Positions 7,717-16,891 of a stretch of DNA of 64,000 nucleotides are shown in pieces. The stretch's first letter is position 1, and every line of letters starts with the position of its first letter. The stretch comes from Candidatus Nitrosopumilus limneticus (lineage in GTDB: Archaea > Thermoproteota > Nitrososphaeria > Nitrososphaerales > Nitrosopumilaceae). Below the pieces are notes generated by a model, which saw nothing but the letters and a program-made list of their open reading frames with translations, made no database searches and was not told where the DNA came from. The position numbers were made by a program, and so were the translations under genes. The stretch lies in contig JAHCGZ010000005.1 of NCBI GenBank assembly GCA_022117465.1, forward strand, positions 7,544 through 71,543. Direction: 5' to 3'.

Positions 7717-7793
7717 AAATTCTAAAAATAATTACATGTAGTGCCTACATTTTATAGGAAGATTGATAGATTAACCAAATGTGAGTATAGAAA

Positions 7794-8057
7794 ATGGTTA
7801 CTGTTGAAGAAATTGAACATGTTTCAAAATTAATGAAAATAGATGTTGATGATAATGCAGAATATTTAGAAAAAGTTCAAACAATAATTAGTTATTTTGA
7901 TATTTTAGATTCTGCAGGAGTAGAGTCTGAAGAAATCTCGATGCCAGAAATTTCAATTGAAGAATTAAGACGTGATGAATACATTCCCTTTGCTGAAAAG
8001 CTTATTGAAAAAATGAATCATTACAAAGGAACCTATGTACGAGCACCAAAGATGTAA
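7794..8057 (+). CDS. gatC: Asp-tRNA(Asn)/Glu-tRNA(Gln) amidotransferase subunit C
   Basis: EEIEHVSKLMKI...LRRDE...YVRAPK; directly upstream of gatA. Confidence 0.9.
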   Translation: MVTVEEIEHVSKLMKIDVDDNAEYLEKVQTIISYFDILDSAGVESEEISMPEISIEELRRDEYIPFAEKLIEKMNHYKGTYVRAPKM

Positions 8058-9506
8058 TGATGAATCTCAAAATTTCTGCCCTTGAATTTGTCCAAGAAGC
8101 TAAAAACGGTAATATTTCTGTTGAAGAATTTATTGGAAAAACACTTGAAAGAATTAATAAAGTTGAGGATAAACTTCATGCATTTTTATCAATTAATGAT
8201 AAAGCACTTGATCAAGCTCGGTAACATTGATAAAAAAATTAAATCAGGTGAAAAACTTGGTGCATGTTTTGGAATGCCAATATCAATTAAAGATAACATA
8301 TGCATAAAGGATAGTAAAACTACATGTGCATCAAAAATGCTTGAAAACTTTATTGCACCATATGATGCAACAGTAATTTCAAAATTAAAAAAACAAGATG
8401 CAATTTTTATTGGTAAAGTAAACATGGATGAATTTGCCATGGGACTATCAACTGAATTTAGTGCATTTGGTCCAAGCAAAAATCCCTGGAATACAGAATA
8501 TGTGCCAGGTGGTTCATCAGGGGGAAGTGCAGTATCTGTAAGTTCCTATGAATGTGTTGCATCATTGGGTTCTGATACTGGGGGTTCTGTTAGAAATCCT
8601 GCTAGCTTTTGCTCTACTGTTGGCTACAAACCAACTTATGGTTTAATCAGCAGATATGGATTAATTTCATATGCAAATAGCATTGAACAGATAGGACCAC
8701 TTGCTAGAACTGTAAAAGATACTGCATTTATGCTAAATCTGATTGCAGGAATTGATCCTAACGATAACACTACAGTAAACAACAACAATGAGGATTATTT
8801 GGCAAATATTGATGCAGGAATCAAGGGCAAAAGAATTGGAATAATTACTGAAATGATTGGTGAGGGCATAGATCCAGAGGTAATGACTGCTACAAAGGAG
8901 GCAATTTCAAAACTTGAGGGGCTAGGGGCAATTTGTGAAGAGGTATCATTGGGGATGGTAAAGTATTCTGTTGCTGCATATTATACAATTACTGCAACTG
9001 AGGCAGGAAGTAATTTAGCTAGATATGATAATTTAAGATATGGATATGAAATGCCAGTTGAAGGTTACGAGTTTAATTCATACATTTCAAAAACAAGAAA
9101 AAAATTTGGACCTGAGGTAACACGTAGAATGATAATTGGAGGATTTGTACCATCTGCAGGACATGCTGGAAAGTATTTTCTTAAAGCAATGAAAGTAAAA
9201 AGTAAATTAACTAAAGAAATCAATGAGGCATTTAAGAAATTTGATTTACTTATTTCACCAACAGTTCCAATATTGCCATTTAAAATTGGAGAAAAAATTA
9301 ATGATCCTGTATCTCTATTTTTAGTTGACATTAATACAGTTACAGCAAATCTAACTGGAAAACCTGCAATTTCAATTCCATTTAAAATAGTAAATGGATT
9401 ACCAATTGGAATTCAACTCTTAGCAAATTCAATGAATGATAAATTACTATTACAAGCAGCATATGCTTTAGAACAAACTGTTAAACTACCTGAGGTACCA
9501 ATATGA
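8057..9506 (+). CDS. gatA: Amidotransferase subunit A, with an apparent +1 frameshift at about 8220
   Basis: Amidase signatures GGSSGGS and GSDTGGSVR; the natural N-terminus MMNLKISALEF starts at 8057 in another frame and stops at 8222-8224. Confidence 0.95.
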
Positions 9507-10909
9507 CAAAAATTGGTTTAGAGATTCACTGTCAATTAACAAATTTACAAAGTAAATTATTTTGTTCATGTAAGGCAAACTATCGTGAATTCAAACCAAA
9601 TGAAAATATCTGTCCTGTATGTGCTGGAATGCCAGGAAGTTTACCAAGACTAAATCAGGAAGCAGTAAAAAAAGCAACAATGATTGCAATGGCGTTAAAT
9701 TGTACTACTCCTGATAAAATTGCATTTTTTAGAAAAAATTATTTTTATCCTGATTTACCTAAAAATTTCCAAATTACTCAATTAAACATCTATGGAGATA
9801 CAAGTGTCGGTGGTTCAGGAACAATCTTAGTTGGAGATAAAAAAATTAGAATTACTAGAATTCAGCTAGAAGAGGATCCTGGCAGAATTATCTATGAAGG
9901 AAGCTCCTCAAAGAATCAAATCACACTAGTTGATTACAATCGCGCAGGTACTCCTCTTGTAGAAATTGTTACAGAACCTGACTTTGAGACTCCAAAAGAG
10001 GTGCGTGATTTTCTTAACATACTATCAGATTTACTAAAAAATCTAGGGGTAGCAGACCCAAGCTTAGAAGGTGCAATGAGGGCAGATGCCAACGTATCTA
10101 CACATGGAGGACATAAAGTTGAAATCAAAAACATTGGTTCCTTTCATGATTTAGAAAAAGCTGCACATTTTGAAATTACAAGACAAGAGAGTCTACATGA
10201 TAGAAACATACCAGTTGTACAAGAAACACGTCATTGGGATGATAGACGAAAAATAACTGTATCATCACGTTCAAAGGAAGAAGATATGGATTATCGTTAT
10301 TTTCTTGAAGGTGATATACCATGGGTAAAAATTAATCCTGAAATTAAAACTGAATTAAAATTAAAAATGCCTGAAAGTATTAGCTCAAAAAAAGATAGAT
10401 ACATTACAAAATATCAAATTCCAGAACAAGTTGCAGATGTTTTATCTTCAGATAAATTTTATTCAGATTTGTTTGAAAAATCACATTCACAATCAAATGC
10501 AAAAGAGATTGCAAATATTATAACAACTGAATTAATGGGATTAGAAGATACTAGAGAGAAACGTGAAGCCTCAAAACTTACTGCAACTCATTTAAGAGAT
10601 TTAGCTGATGCAATTCAAACAGGTAAGGTATCTAGAAATTCTTCAAAAAATGCATTACATCAAATTTTAAAAACAGGAAAAAGTGTATCACAGATAATTT
10701 CTGAATTAGATTTAGGAAATGTATCTGATGAAACAGAATTACTAAAAATTATTGGTAAAATAATTGCTGATGAATCAGAAGCTGTAGTTCAAGCAAAATC
10801 TAACCCTCAAACTATCAACTATCTAGTAGGTAAGGTAATGCAAGCTACTAAAGGAAAAGCTGATCCTACATTAACATTGAATCTATTGAAAAAACAAATC
10901 GGCATATGA
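9503..10909 (+). CDS. gatB: Amidotransferase subunit B
   Basis: IGLEIHCQL, KNYFYPDLPK, LEEDPG, DYNRAGTPLVEIVTEPD, YRYF; C-terminal YqeY-like tail. Confidence 0.96.
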   Translation: MTKIGLEIHCQLTNLQSKLFCSCKANYREFKPNENICPVCAGMPGSLPRLNQEAVKKATMIAMALNCTTPDKIAFFRKNYFYPDLPKNFQITQLNIYGDTSVGGSGTILVGDKKIRITRIQLEEDPGRIIYEGSSSKNQITLVDYNRAGTPLVEIVTEPDFETPKEVRDFLNILSDLLKNLGVADPSLEGAMRADANVSTHGGHKVEIKNIGSFHDLEKAAHFEITRQESLHDRNIPVVQETRHWDDRRKITVSSRSKEEDMDYRYFLEGDIPWVKINPEIKTELKLKMPESISSKKDRYITKYQIPEQVADVLSSDKFYSDLFEKSHSQSNAKEIANIITTELMGLEDTREKREASKLTATHLRDLADAIQTGKVSRNSSKNALHQILKTGKSVSQIISELDLGNVSDETELLKIIGKIIADESEAVVQAKSNPQTINYLVGKVMQATKGKADPTLTLNLLKKQIGI

Positions 10910-11169
10910 CAGATTTATCACTAGAAGATATAGAATTTATTAAAATTCTTGCGCATTCTGATTCTACTATTTTACAAGCAGGAATGAATGATGCAACAAG
11001 AAAAAGATTAGATGAGCGAGTTGGGGTGATATTGAGGGAGTATTATCGTGAAAATACCCAAAATTTGGGTACAAAATATACAGAACAATTAATGAAATAT
11101 GGAATTACAGAAGATGATGGAAAATCAGCAATTGCATGTGCAAGACGTCTTGGAATAGATATTTCATAA
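10906..11169 (+). CDS. Hypothetical protein
   Basis: 87 aa; ATGA overlap with gatB. Confidence 0.7.
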   Translation: MTDLSLEDIEFIKILAHSDSTILQAGMNDATRKRLDERVGVILREYYRENTQNLGTKYTEQLMKYGITEDDGKSAIACARRLGIDIS

Positions 11170-11180
11170 ATAATTAAAAT

Positions 11181-12407
11181 CTATTTTGATCTTTTTTTAA
11201 TTTGTTGTAAAACCATTGGCAAAAATGCTCCAACATCAGATACAATGCCCAAAGCTTGCCATGTTCCTCTATCCATTAATTTAGTAACTGTTGGTTGACT
11301 AATGTCTACAACAATTACCTTTACGCTAGCTGGGAGCATATTTCCAGTTGCAATTGAATGAAGCATAGTTGAAATCATTATTACCATATCTGCACCTTTG
11401 AGAATTTTCTTGTACTCTCTTTGAGCGTCTGCAACATCAGTAATTACATCTGGTAATGGTCCATCATCACGAATAGAACCTGCTAAAACAAATGGAACAT
11501 TATTTTTTACACATTCATACATTATTCCTTTAGTTAATTTTTTACTTTTAACCATGTTAGAAATTGATCCTGCCTTGAATACTGCATTAATCGTATCCAT
11601 ATGATTTCTATGACCATGATATGCTAATGTTGCATCTTTTACATTCATTCCCAATGATGTTCCAAGTGTTGCATATTCTATATCGTGAACTGCAAGTGCA
11701 TTTCCTGCTAAAACTCCATCAACATAGCCTAATCTAATTAATTCAGCTACAGAATCATCAGCACCAGTGTGGACAATTGCAGGACCTCCAACGATTATAA
11801 TTTTACCGCCCTTCTTTTTTGTATTAAAGATATCATAAGCAACTTGTTTTGCAATATGTTGAGTTGGTCTTTCACTTGAACTTGAACTTCCCATAAATTC
11901 AAATACATTTACCCCCTCTCTTGGACGCTCTGGTGGTGTAATTTTAACTCCATCATCACCTACAACAATTTGATCATCTTTTTTTACATCACGTACTGGA
12001 ACACAGTATGCTTTGTTTCCTTTTAGAACAATACATTTATCCATCATCATATTTTCAACTGAAATCCACTTGCCATTAAGGAAAACTTGAGTGTGATTGT
12101 TTGTAGTGCTGTAAAAATTATCTGGCATTACAAAATTTTTTGGTGATTTTTTTAATTTAATTTCTTTTTGTATTTTTGATATTGCACCTTGACGATAAAC
12201 TGTATTTAGAATTTCATCTAGGTGAGCTTGATTTTTTCCAGTAATTGTTAATCTTGCATAAGATTGGTCTTTTTTCTTTGATCCAACATTAATCTCATCG
12301 ACATTAAACTCCCCTTTCAAATCCATAATTTTATCAAAAATCTTTGTTAGGATAGATGAATCAATCAAATGTCCACTAACTTCAATTTCTTGGGAAAATT
12401 TACTCAT
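11181..12407 (-). CDS. TIGR00300 family protein (LOR/SDH-like, related to the ornithine cyclodeaminase module of ArgZ/AgrE)
   Basis: GHLIDS, PDNFYSTTN, GGPAIVHTG, GNALAVHDIE and LAGSIRDDGPLP motifs. Confidence 0.85.
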   Translation of the reverse strand: MSKFSQEIEVSGHLIDSSILTKIFDKIMDLKGEFNVDEINVGSKKKDQSYARLTITGKNQAHLDEILNTVYRQGAISKIQKEIKLKKSPKNFVMPDNFYSTTNNHTQVFLNGKWISVENMMMDKCIVLKGNKAYCVPVRDVKKDDQIVVGDDGVKITPPERPREGVNVFEFMGSSSSSERPTQHIAKQVAYDIFNTKKKGGKIIIVGGPAIVHTGADDSVAELIRLGYVDGVLAGNALAVHDIEYATLGTSLGMNVKDATLAYHGHRNHMDTINAVFKAGSISNMVKSKKLTKGIMYECVKNNVPFVLAGSIRDDGPLPDVITDVADAQREYKKILKGADMVIMISTMLHSIATGNMLPASVKVIVVDISQPTVTKLMDRGTWQALGIVSDVGAFLPMVLQQIKKRSK

Positions 12408-12489
12408 TTTGTTACTATTTGTATATGATAACTAAAGGTTTTCTTTGTATGATTTTATTAGATTTGACTTTATGCTCTAAAATCAGTGC

Positions 12490-13107
12490 CTAAATTATAG
12501 AAGTTAGATGATTGACCACAAATTGATGTTTAAACAAATACAGGTCTATTGCTTGTTGTTGAGATTTTTCTTTATTGACAATATTTTGTAATTTTTTAAT
12601 TATTTTGCAATACATGTTTATGCATTTAGTATGATCCTCGTTTGCTAGAGAAATCATATTTTTTGGAATTTTATTAATTGATTTGTAATATGTGATAAGA
12701 AAAGATAATTGTTGAATACGGTCTAAAATTAAACTAATGTTATCTAAAATATCAATTCCTTTTTTATTTAGACTAGTTGTACCAGAATTATTTTCAAATA
12801 AAGTTGATTGCACTGATAAATTTCTATAACATAATGTCAATATCCCGTTAATGCCTTTTAAATAATTATTTACTTGCATGTGAATTGTATCATAATTTGT
12901 TGGTTCTAATGAATATCTGTGTGGAGTATTATCTTTGTTTACTAGAATAAATCCTAAAGGGTCTGATGCTGTTTTAGAATTCTTGCTAATAATATTTGTC
13001 AAATCTTTATCTGTACATTTGAATAGTTTTTTCATTTCATCATGTGTTGAAAATTTAACTTTAGTTAAATGTAAAAAGATTTTTTTCTCAAGTTCTGGTT
13101 TTGTCAT
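12490..13107 (-). CDS. Hypothetical protein, possible N-terminal winged helix
   Basis: 205-aa ORF; weak HTH-like pattern. Confidence 0.65.
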   Translation of the reverse strand: MTKPELEKKIFLHLTKVKFSTHDEMKKLFKCTDKDLTNIISKNSKTASDPLGFILVNKDNTPHRYSLEPTNYDTIHMQVNNYLKGINGILTLCYRNLSVQSTLFENNSGTTSLNKKGIDILDNISLILDRIQQLSFLITYYKSINKIPKNMISLANEDHTKCINMYCKIIKKLQNIVNKEKSQQQAIDLYLFKHQFVVNHLTSII

Positions 13108-13165
13108 ATTATTGAAAATTTACTATCACTGAATTTAAGGGACACAAAAATTATTTATTAAAAAT

Positions 13166-13513
13166 TTAAATTGGAAGTATAACTTTGCCTTCAAATTTTG
13201 CTATATTGTCTTTTTCAAATACTTTTTCTAGATTTTCTTTTTGTAATTGTGTAACTCCTTGAACTATTGTCTTTGAAGACCCAGAGTTATCAACTAATGC
13301 AAGGATATACCCGCTATTATCAGTTAAAATGAATCCTGCTGATTCATCAACAAATGCATAGAGATTTTCTTCACCTACTGGTGTCCATACGTTAGATTTT
13401 GTATCAATTAATGCAAGTGCAGGCATTGCTTTACCATTTGTTAATGTATTGAGATATTCTCTTGCTTGTGCAACACGTTTTTGACCTAATTTTAGTGCCT
13501 GAAAGTACTGCAT
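13166..13513 (-). CDS. Hypothetical protein
   Basis: 115-aa ORF with protein-like composition. Confidence 0.7.
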   Translation of the reverse strand: MQYFQALKLGQKRVAQAREYLNTLTNGKAMPALALIDTKSNVWTPVGEENLYAFVDESAGFILTDNSGYILALVDNSGSSKTIVQGVTQLQKENLEKVFEKDNIAKFEGKVILPI

Positions 13514-13580
13514 ATTGATTAAATTATCTAGTTGTTATAAAAACATCTCAAAAGATAGTTATACAAATCATCTCTAAAGG

Positions 13581-13880
13581 GTGGTATTGCCATTAACAAA
13601 CCCAGTAATAATAAAATTAAATGAAATTACAACTTTTGTTCAAGATAAATCAAAACTTACTGAAATCGAAGTTGAAGAGATCAAAAAAATTTTCAGAGGT
13701 CTTATTGAAAAGGGTGAAAGATATGATGTTGATGAAATTGAATTTTGGTTTGAAAATGAGGGAAGCTGGAAAATAAAAGAACCACGAGTAAGAATTACAA
13801 ATCTTTCAGGTTATGTTCAAGATAAATATCAACAAACAGCTCATCTAAGAATAATTCCTGATGATAACTGCGGTTGTTAA
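13581..13880 (+). CDS. Hypothetical protein
   Basis: 99-aa ORF, GTG start, ends DDNCGC. Confidence 0.7.
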   Translation: MVLPLTNPVIIKLNEITTFVQDKSKLTEIEVEEIKKIFRGLIEKGERYDVDEIEFWFENEGSWKIKEPRVRITNLSGYVQDKYQQTAHLRIIPDDNCGC

Positions 13881-13882
13881 AA

Positions 13883-14107
13883 TTAAGTTTCTAACTGCTC
13901 TAAGAGTCTTCCAACAATTTTAGAATTTTCTTTTCGCTCATCTAATATTGCTTGAATTCTTTTTGCATTTTTTGTTGAATCAGTAATTATTTTAAAATAC
14001 TCTTCATCAAGATCATTATTTGTCTGTAATCTCTTTATGACTTCAAATAGTATACCAATAATTTGTTTTTGAGCATCAATTAATTCATCTTTTTCAGTTT
14101 CAGACAT
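13883..14107 (-). CDS. Hypothetical helical protein
   Basis: 74 aa, immediately downstream of the HD hydrolase. Confidence 0.7.
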   Translation of the reverse strand: MSETEKDELIDAQKQIIGILFEVIKRLQTNNDLDEEYFKIITDSTKNAKRIQAILDERKENSKIVGRLLEQLET

Positions 14108-14112
14108 TTTTC

Positions 14113-14649
14113 TTATTTATCTTCAACTATCATTGTAAATATTTCTTTTAATTTAGGATGGGTAATGTCTATTTTTGCAGATTCTATAAATGGAGTAACA
14201 TTTTCTTGAGATGACCCCTCTTTTTGGTATATTTTTGCTTGTAATACCATCTCCAATTTATCAATTTGATGTACAATATGTGATTCAGGTGAAGTGTTAT
14301 TTTGATACTCGTTCCAGATTTCATTATATTGATGTTTTATGCTGTCAGGTAATTTTTTAGTTATTTCATAAAATGCATCATTTTCCATTTTTTCTTTTTT
14401 GATTTTACTTATTTGATCAGGTGTAAAATCCCCAATTTTTGATTCTGCTAAATCATGTAAGAGAACCATTTTCATAATTTTTTCAGAGTCATAATTTTCT
14501 AAATCAGATATCACCATGGCCATTATGGCCATTGAATAACTATGGTCTGCAACAGATTCTGGATGTTTTATAGATAATTTGTCAATCCATCCCTGTCTAG
14601 GTATGTTTTTTAAATTTGATGCATTTCTAAAAAATTCTAAAATTGTCAT
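14113..14649 (-). CDS. HD-domain hydrolase (YfbR/HDDC2-like 5'-nucleotidase family)
   Basis: RQGW, ESVADHS, LLHDLAES, DKLEM. Confidence 0.87.
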   Translation of the reverse strand: MTILEFFRNASNLKNIPRQGWIDKLSIKHPESVADHSYSMAIMAMVISDLENYDSEKIMKMVLLHDLAESKIGDFTPDQISKIKKEKMENDAFYEITKKLPDSIKHQYNEIWNEYQNNTSPESHIVHQIDKLEMVLQAKIYQKEGSSQENVTPFIESAKIDITHPKLKEIFTMIVEDK

Positions 14650-14711
14650 AAACTACTTGTATTATTTTCTACTAATGAATTTTGAGTTTAATTTTTCGAA
14701 TTGTATAATAG

Positions 14712-15269
14712 TTGAGAGAAAACAACAAAGTTATGAAAATTTATACAAAAACTGGTGATGATGGAAATACTGGATTACAAGGAAATGTTAGAATTTCAAA
14801 ATCACATTCAAGAATTATGGCATATGGCACAGTAGATGAAGCAAATGCTGCAATTGGTGTTGTTTTAACAAATGTATTAGATAAGGACATAATTGATGTT
14901 TTAAGTAAAATTCAAAATGATTTATTTATACTGGGTTCTGATTTATCCAATCAAAATCTCAATGATCTAAAAAATAGAATTTCTTTAGATATGATTGAAA
15001 AGATAGAGGGTATTATTGATAATTTTGAATTAGAATTGTCTCCAATAACAAATTTTATTTTACCGGGAGGGGATACTGCTGCTGCACAAATACATCAAGT
15101 TAGGACAATAATTCGCAGAGCTGAAACACTAGTAGTAAAATTAAGTGATAAAGATGAAATTAATTCTAATTGTATCATTTATCTCAATAGACTGTCTGAT
15201 TTGATGTTTGTAATTGGTCGTTTAATCAATAAACGCAATGGTATTCAAGATATTATTTGGAAACCATAA
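14712..15269 (+). CDS. pduO: ATP:cob(I)alamin adenosyltransferase, PduO type
   Basis: KIYTKTGDDGNTGL, YGTVDEAN, FILPGG, RRAET, YLNRLSD. Confidence 0.92.
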   Translation: MRENNKVMKIYTKTGDDGNTGLQGNVRISKSHSRIMAYGTVDEANAAIGVVLTNVLDKDIIDVLSKIQNDLFILGSDLSNQNLNDLKNRISLDMIEKIEGIIDNFELELSPITNFILPGGDTAAAQIHQVRTIIRRAETLVVKLSDKDEINSNCIIYLNRLSDLMFVIGRLINKRNGIQDIIWKP

Positions 15270-15312
15270 AAAGACAAACTTTAATGCCCTCATCTAAAGT
15301 ATTTTTTTTAGT

Positions 15313-15389
15313 GCCGAGGTAGCTCAGCCTGGAAGAGCACTCGGCTGAAGACCGGGCTGTCGCTTGTTCAAATCATGCCCTCGGCACCA
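15313..15389 (+). tRNA. tRNA-Phe (GAA) with encoded CCA
   Basis: Acceptor stem GCCGAGG/CCTCGGC; anticodon arm CTCGG-CTGAAGA-CCGGG; T loop TTCAAAT. Confidence 0.92.
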
Positions 15390-15468
15390 TTTAAGATTCC
15401 AGGCAATTTTATCATCATAATACAATTACCTCAGCTTTTAGGCTCAATATGGACAAGTTTATGATCTT

Positions 15469-15639
15469 ATGATTTGTAATATTTTAGGTTGTAATACCGA
15501 ATCGCATTTTAGAATATTATATTCACATTACAATAATTCCAAAAAACCATTTGCTAAAGAAATCATGAGAGTATGTGAAAATCATGCTAGAATGATTGCA
15601 GATGAGGATAGCAAGATATTCGCCCAGGTATTACATTGA
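15469..15639 (+). CDS. 56-aa putative Zn-finger micro-protein MICNILGCNTESHFRILYSH...RVCENHARM
   Basis: Translated by hand; Cx4C...CxxH pattern. Confidence 0.5.
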   Translation: MICNILGCNTESHFRILYSHYNNSKKPFAKEIMRVCENHARMIADEDSKIFAQVLH

Positions 15640-15803
15640 GAAAAATAGAAATAAAATTACAGGACAAGGATTATTTTGATTTTCTGAGTATTAGTTTGGA
15701 TAAAGAATTATCTGTAGAAGATAATTTAAAAAATATTATAAAATATCATCTTATAATTTATCGAAATAAAAATAAAATAAAAAATCAAAAATTATGTGGG
15801 TAG
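15636..15803 (+). CDS. 55-aa ribbon-helix-helix-like micro-protein MRKIEIKLQDKDYFDFL...
   Basis: TTG start overlaps the previous TGA (TTGA); alternating hydrophobic N-terminal strand followed by helices. Confidence 0.45.
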   Translation: MRKIEIKLQDKDYFDFLSISLDKELSVEDNLKNIIKYHLIIYRNKNKIKNQKLCG

Positions 15804-15814
15804 AAACATCTTGT

Positions 15815-16147
15815 TTATGCATCCACTAAATTAAAGAAGTTCTTTCCAGAGGTAGATTTTTCTAAAACACATTTTACATTAAGTGTTTCTTTACCTGAAT
15901 TGATATCCTCTCTGAGTTTTTGATTGGAAAATTTTTTTACAATGGCTACACGAGTTGTATGAAATTTACTCATTTGATTTCCATCAATTGAAAATGATTC
16001 TTTCATAGTTAGTTTTACGCCTTTGGTAACCTCATCCCCTTGAGTATAGTTTGAATCCTCGATTTGGACTATTGTAAATGATTGACCATCAATTTTTGCC
16101 AATGATGCTGAATCTGTATGTATTTGATAATCTGCTAATTTTGCTAT
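15815..16147 (-). CDS. Hypothetical beta-rich, possibly OB-fold protein; probable ATA start
   Basis: Frame is open upstream of the TTG at 16102 as far as ATA at 16147, which lies 6 nt downstream of GGGAGGTGA. Confidence 0.65.
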   Translation of the reverse strand: MAKLADYQIHTDSASLAKIDGQSFTIVQIEDSNYTQGDEVTKGVKLTMKESFSIDGNQMSKFHTTRVAIVKKFSNQKLREDINSGKETLNVKCVLEKSTSGKNFFNLVDA

Positions 16148-16293
16148 TTGCTTTCACCTCCCATCATAAAGTTAAATCTATAATTTTAGATAAGTTCATT
16201 GAAGAGTAAATTGTTGACACCAATGTAGGGCTTTTTCAATTATCTCAAAAATTATCTAGTATGAAATAAATCCAAGGTAAAAATCAAAAAATC

Positions 16294-16518
16294 ATGATTG
16301 AAGATGAATCAGAAGAATGGATTACTCAATTTCATCCTACAGTTGAAAAGGAAGTTTTAGATGTATTACGCTCAAGAGCACAATACGCCATATTGGATCA
16401 GCTAAATTACATGGTTTCAAATCACATGGGAACACCAGATGAAGTTAAGAAAATGGTTTTAGATGAAATTACTAAAATCACATATGATCCAATTGATATG
16501 GATATGGATGAAAATTAA
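16294..16518 (+). CDS. Acidic hypothetical protein
   Basis: 74-aa ORF. Confidence 0.65.
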   Translation: MIEDESEEWITQFHPTVEKEVLDVLRSRAQYAILDQLNYMVSNHMGTPDEVKKMVLDEITKITYDPIDMDMDEN

Positions 16519-16581
16519 ATAAAAAAGAGTCAAAAAAAGTGCAAAATACTTAAAAGCAACTCAATCACAAGATTTTCGATA

Positions 16582-16857
16582 TTGATGGTTGAAAAAAAAG
16601 GTACCAAGACAAAACCTAAAAAAGTTACAAAAGAAAAGCCTAAAAAAGTTACAAAAGAAAAGCCTAAAAAAGTTACAAAAGACACTCCAAAAAAAGTCAC
16701 TAAAGGTAATTCTAAGAGTAAAAAAATCAGAGAAGAGTCTAGTAATGATGGTGGAATTGTCATAGTTGATGATGACCTCATAATTGATCAAGAAAAGGTC
16801 AATGAAGAGCGTAGAGCATATCTTGAAGAAGCAAGATCCCAAGAAGCATCAGACTAG
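16582..16857 (+). CDS. Lys-rich repeat protein (KPKKVTKE repeats) with an acidic C-terminus
   Basis: 24-bp tandem repeat, 3-4 copies, at 16615-16706. Confidence 0.7.
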   Translation: MMVEKKGTKTKPKKVTKEKPKKVTKEKPKKVTKDTPKKVTKGNSKSKKIREESSNDGGIVIVDDDLIIDQEKVNEERRAYLEEARSQEASD

Positions 16858-16891
16858 TAATGCTTATCAGATTCAGTAGCGTATCATTTGT

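Noticed and set aside
8200-8230. Programmed frameshift in gatA
   Set aside because: No slippery heptamer or downstream structure, and similar indels are scattered in unrelated genes, favouring assembly error.
15313-16200. Intact provirus or integrative element at tRNA-Phe
   Set aside because: No integrase, capsid or packaging genes and no duplicated tRNA 3' end found; at most a remnant.
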